DNA from: Somniosus microcephalus
Taxonomy: Eukaryota
DNA: 64,000 bases
Reading direction: 5' to 3'
Assembly: GCA_052327205.1 (NCBI GenBank)
Contig: CM126207.1
Location: forward strand, 43,462,001-43,526,000
A program made the translations under genes and the position numbers. The notes beneath the pieces were generated by a model. It was not told the origin of the DNA, did no database searches, and was given only the letters and a program-made list of their open reading frames with translations. The stretch's first letter is position 1. Each line of letters starts with the position of its first letter. This document shows positions 60,601 through 64,000 of the stretch, piece by piece.

Positions 60601-61709
60601 GCTTAATAGGCTTTGCATATGCACACACCAGATCACAAAACATGCTGGAAGATGTACTTTACCTAGCTAATAGTTTTCATTTCAACAATTTTGGCTTTCC
60701 TTTATATGTTGTCTTATGCTTCTTTTTATGAGCAATTTCACCCTTCCCTATTAATATCATCCTGAGTCAAATGCTCTAGGGCAGGGTTTCTGGCTATATG
60801 CTAAGGAGCTCAGGAAGTCCCATCCTCCAGGTGGCAAATTAAGTAGGCATTATTTATTCAGGAAACTGAGGTTTAGAAGCATTTTGTGCCTGTTTTCAGG
60901 TAAGAATGGTAATGTCAGATTGCCGGAGATATCTTCTACAAAGTGCTACTGTTGCAGGTCAGTGTTAAATTGTTATGGAGAAAGTGTATTGTTTAGGTTC
61001 CCTATACCCCATTACCTTGATAGAATGGCCTTAAAAAAGTAGTCTAAAATTTGTACATGCTTGGAACCTCTGGGCTGAACAAAATGTCAGCCAATGTAAA
61101 CTGGTAGTGTCCCAGACTGTCGTACTTTTAAAAATTATTGGCCTACCTTTGTAAGAAAAAGTTGCCATGTTCCACCTACAAAATTTCTGTTGCCCACATC
61201 AGCCATTCTGTGACCTTTCAAAGTCAGCTGGTCAACTAATGCTGAATTAGGGGACGTTTTTACTGTGAACACATGACCACTAGGAACTGGATTTACGGTG
61301 CTCAACCTCTGCAACAGTTATCCTGCAGCCACTCTGAGTGCAGTTCGTGGGCAACTGTGCCATGGTCTGGGCCCATACCTGCTAGGGACTGGATTAAGAC
61401 TTTCCTGGTTGTCTAGCAGGCAGAACTTATCATCTTGGAAAAACTTTTCTTTTAGCTCCACTTCCTCCAGATAAGAGTCGCTATGGAAACCCACATAGTT
61501 CCCAGCTATGCCTGTCTTTCTGTAGGATATGTTGAGCACTTTTTTCCCCCTCTTATTCCAGTCCCCTCTCTGATCTTTTCCCATTACATTAATGACCACG
61601 TCAGTGCTGCTTCCCTTGCCTTTACTTGGTCCATATCTGACTTCCCTTCCCACCCTGGACTTCTCGGTCTCTATCTCTCAGGATAGGTGACTACTGACAT
61701 ATACTACAA

Positions 61710-61887
61710 TAGCAAAATACTGCGGATGCTGGAAATCTGAAATAACAACAGAAAATGCTGGAAACACTCAGCAGGCCAGGCAGCATCCGTGGAGAGAGAA
61801 ACAGTTAACATTTCAGGTCTGTGACCCTTTGACTCTCCACGGATGCTGCCTGGCCTGCTGAGTGTTTCCAGCATTTTCTGTTTATTT
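61710..61887. mobile_element. Short palindromic Penelope-tail insertion with a 10-bp TSD
   Basis: 50-bp perfect inverted repeat at 61747-61796 and 61833-61882; TATACTACAA at 61700-61709 and 61888-61897. Confidence 0.85.
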
Positions 61888-62504
61888 TATACTACAAGGC
61901 TCACTGACTCCCACAACTACCTGGATTATACTTCTTCCCATTACCTTCTCCCAAATTCTCCATTGCATCTGCTCTGATGATGCCACCTTCTAAAATTATC
62001 TTTTTCCTCAGCCAAGGATTCCCCTGATAGAACCTTCAACTGAATCTGATCCATTTCCCATGATTTTCCCCTTACTCTTTCTTCCCCCACTAAGAACTGT
62101 GATAGGGTCCCCTTTGTCCTCATCTTCAACCATGCCAGCCTCCACATTCAGCAGATGATCTTCCACCATTTCCAATGTGATCCTACCACCAAGTACATGT
62201 TCCCCTCCCCTTCACTTTCCTGACATCTCGTGCAAGTGCAGGAGATGCAACATCTGCTCTTTCACCGATGTCCAAAGCCCCAAACACTCCTGGGTAGACA
62301 GTAATTGTACTTCCTCCAACCTAATGTACTGTATTTGCTGCTCATAGTGCAACCCCCTTTAAATTAAGTTCAAATGCAGATTAGGTGACTTTGTCAAACA
62401 TATCCATTCTGTCTGCAAGTGCAACCCCAAGTTCCATGGCACTTGTCACTTTAATTCCCCATCCAGCTCCCACTCTGACTTCTGCCTTTTACCCTTCTAT
62501 ACTA

Positions 62505-62785
62505 CATAGAATTACAGAGAATGTACAGCACAGAAACAGGCCATTTGGCCCAACAGGTCTATGCCAGTGTTTATGCTCCACATAAACCACCTCCCACCCC
62601 TCTTCATCTAACCCTATAACCTTCTATTTGTTTCTTCCTCGTGTGTTTATCTAGCTTCCCCTTGAATGCATCTATGCTATTTGCCTCACTACTTGTGGTA
62701 GTGAGTTCCACATTCTCACCACTCTCTGGGTAAAGAAGTTTCTCCTGAATTCCCTATTGGATTTATTAGTGACTATCTTATATTT
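62505..62785 (-). mobile_element. CR1 LINE 3' fragment (related pieces at ~62980-63240)
   Basis: catagaa...ggccatttggccc tail and gagttccacattctcaccactctctgg; EVFKIMK..DVEKMFPL on the + strand at ~63140. Confidence 0.75.
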
Positions 62786-63864
62786 ATGCTGTTTCAATTC
62801 AAGTTCAAGGAACAGCACTTTATCTTTCTATTAGACAAATTGCAGCCCTCTGGCCTTACTATTGACTTTAATAACTTGAGACCTTAACTTTAGCTCCCAC
62901 TTTCTCTTTGGCAGGAAGCACTGGCAATGTGGATGGGTCTACAGCCATTCTGGCGAGTGATCTGCACTATTCATGTTACATAGATATACAGCAGAGAAAT
63001 GGGCCATTTGGCCAAATGGGTCTATGTCAGTGTTTATGCTCCACACGAACCTCCTCTTACCTTACTTCATCTCACCCTATCAACACATCCTTTTATTCAT
63101 TTCTCCCTCATCTACTTATTTATCTAACAGGCCACCTCTCAGAGGTCTTTAAAATTATGAAATGGTTCAACAGGGTAGACGTAGAGAAGATGTTTCCACT
63201 TATGGGGAGTCCAAAACTAGGGACCATAAATAGAAGATAGATGTTGACCTGTGGTTTTTCTCCACCCAGGCTCCTGAGCCACTGGAGCCTGCTTTACTTT
63301 GCCAGTTTTTCATGCTGGCATTTCTACCCATCTTACCCTCCACCTCCTGAACTATTAACACATTCTCCCCATCTCATAAATATCTTTAATTTCTCATTAT
63401 GCCTCATTGTCTCGTGCTAATAGCACCTGCATTTAACCATCTTCTGTTTTCCACTAAAGCACTTTAGAGGACATTCTATTTCTTGTATGTGTGTGTATTA
63501 TTCCACCCCTTCCCTTTGTTCTGTTCCTTTGTAAATGCTGTTCATCTATAATAACCTCCAGTTCTGATTATAAGTCTACACTTAAAACATCAACTTGTCT
63601 GTTCTCTGCATGACCTGCTGAGTGTTTCCAGCATTTTCTGATTTTGATTCAGATTTCTTGCTTTTTGTTGTGATTTTGCTAAAATATATAATGGCATAAA
63701 GTTTTTTTTTTAAACTAATAATAATTGGAACAATTTGAGTGAACAGAACATCCTTGTTTCAGTGTAAACCTGTCAGAAGAAAATGTTGCATTATTAAATT
63801 GTGAAGAAGATGGCTCTATTGCATCATTCAGGTGAGCTTCCTGGAGCCAGACATTAACAGTTTG

Positions 63865-63948
63865 CTCGAGGAACAGCACCTCATCTTTCTGTTAGGCACT
63901 TTACAGCCTTCTGGACTTAACATCGAGTTCAATAATTTCAGACTATAA
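63865..63948 (+). mobile_element. Penelope GIY-YIG C-terminal fragment (LEEQHLIFLLGTLQPSGLNIEFNNFRL*)
   Basis: Direct translation; same motif as 47180-47245. Confidence 0.8.
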
Positions 63949-64000
63949 ATTGGCCCCTGTATTTCTCCATTTTTTTTTCTCGTTTCCTCACATGGTAGCT

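Larger units (their letters stand above)
61330..62885 (+). mobile_element. Old degenerate Penelope-like element (RT and GIY-YIG remnants) with nested insertions
   Basis: Remnants VAMETHIVPSYACL, TDSHNYLDYTSSH, RVPFVL, SSNLMYCI and EQHFIFLL, with many frameshifts. Confidence 0.8.

Noticed and set aside
52400-61300. Short ORFs downstream of the last LRCH3 exon as a second gene
   Set aside because: AT-rich UTR or intergenic sequence; I found no coherent exon chain or recognisable protein, though small exons of a neighbouring gene could be missed by eye.

Overview
Vertebrate genomic DNA, probably a cartilaginous fish (inferred from the repeat types and exon divergence). The + strand carries the 3' half of LRCH3, from the post-LRR region through the calponin-homology (CH) domain. 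I traced 14 internal exons with AG/GT junctions and consistent phase, two alternative terminal exons (transmembrane 48039-48245; soluble 52120-52227), and several weaker cassette or microexon candidates. The introns hold two young full-length Ty3/gypsy LTR retrotransposons, each with a 5-bp target-site duplication (TSD). Element A (2052-6695, minus) has no tRNA primer-binding site (PBS); a perfect 15-nt complement to its own LTR sits in that position (candidate self-priming), and its RT motif is YLDN. Element B (12491-17614, plus) has identical LTRs and an intact nucleocapsid-Pol ORF, but its capsid region is replaced by a GC-rich leader inside a ~1.29-kb stretch with no ATG. Also present: Penelope-like elements with hammerhead-ribozyme motifs (one forming a ~335-bp inverted repeat), TA-flanked MITEs, and CR1, L2 and SINE relics. 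Homology statements come from my recall of protein families, not from database searches; coordinates of old repeats are approximate.
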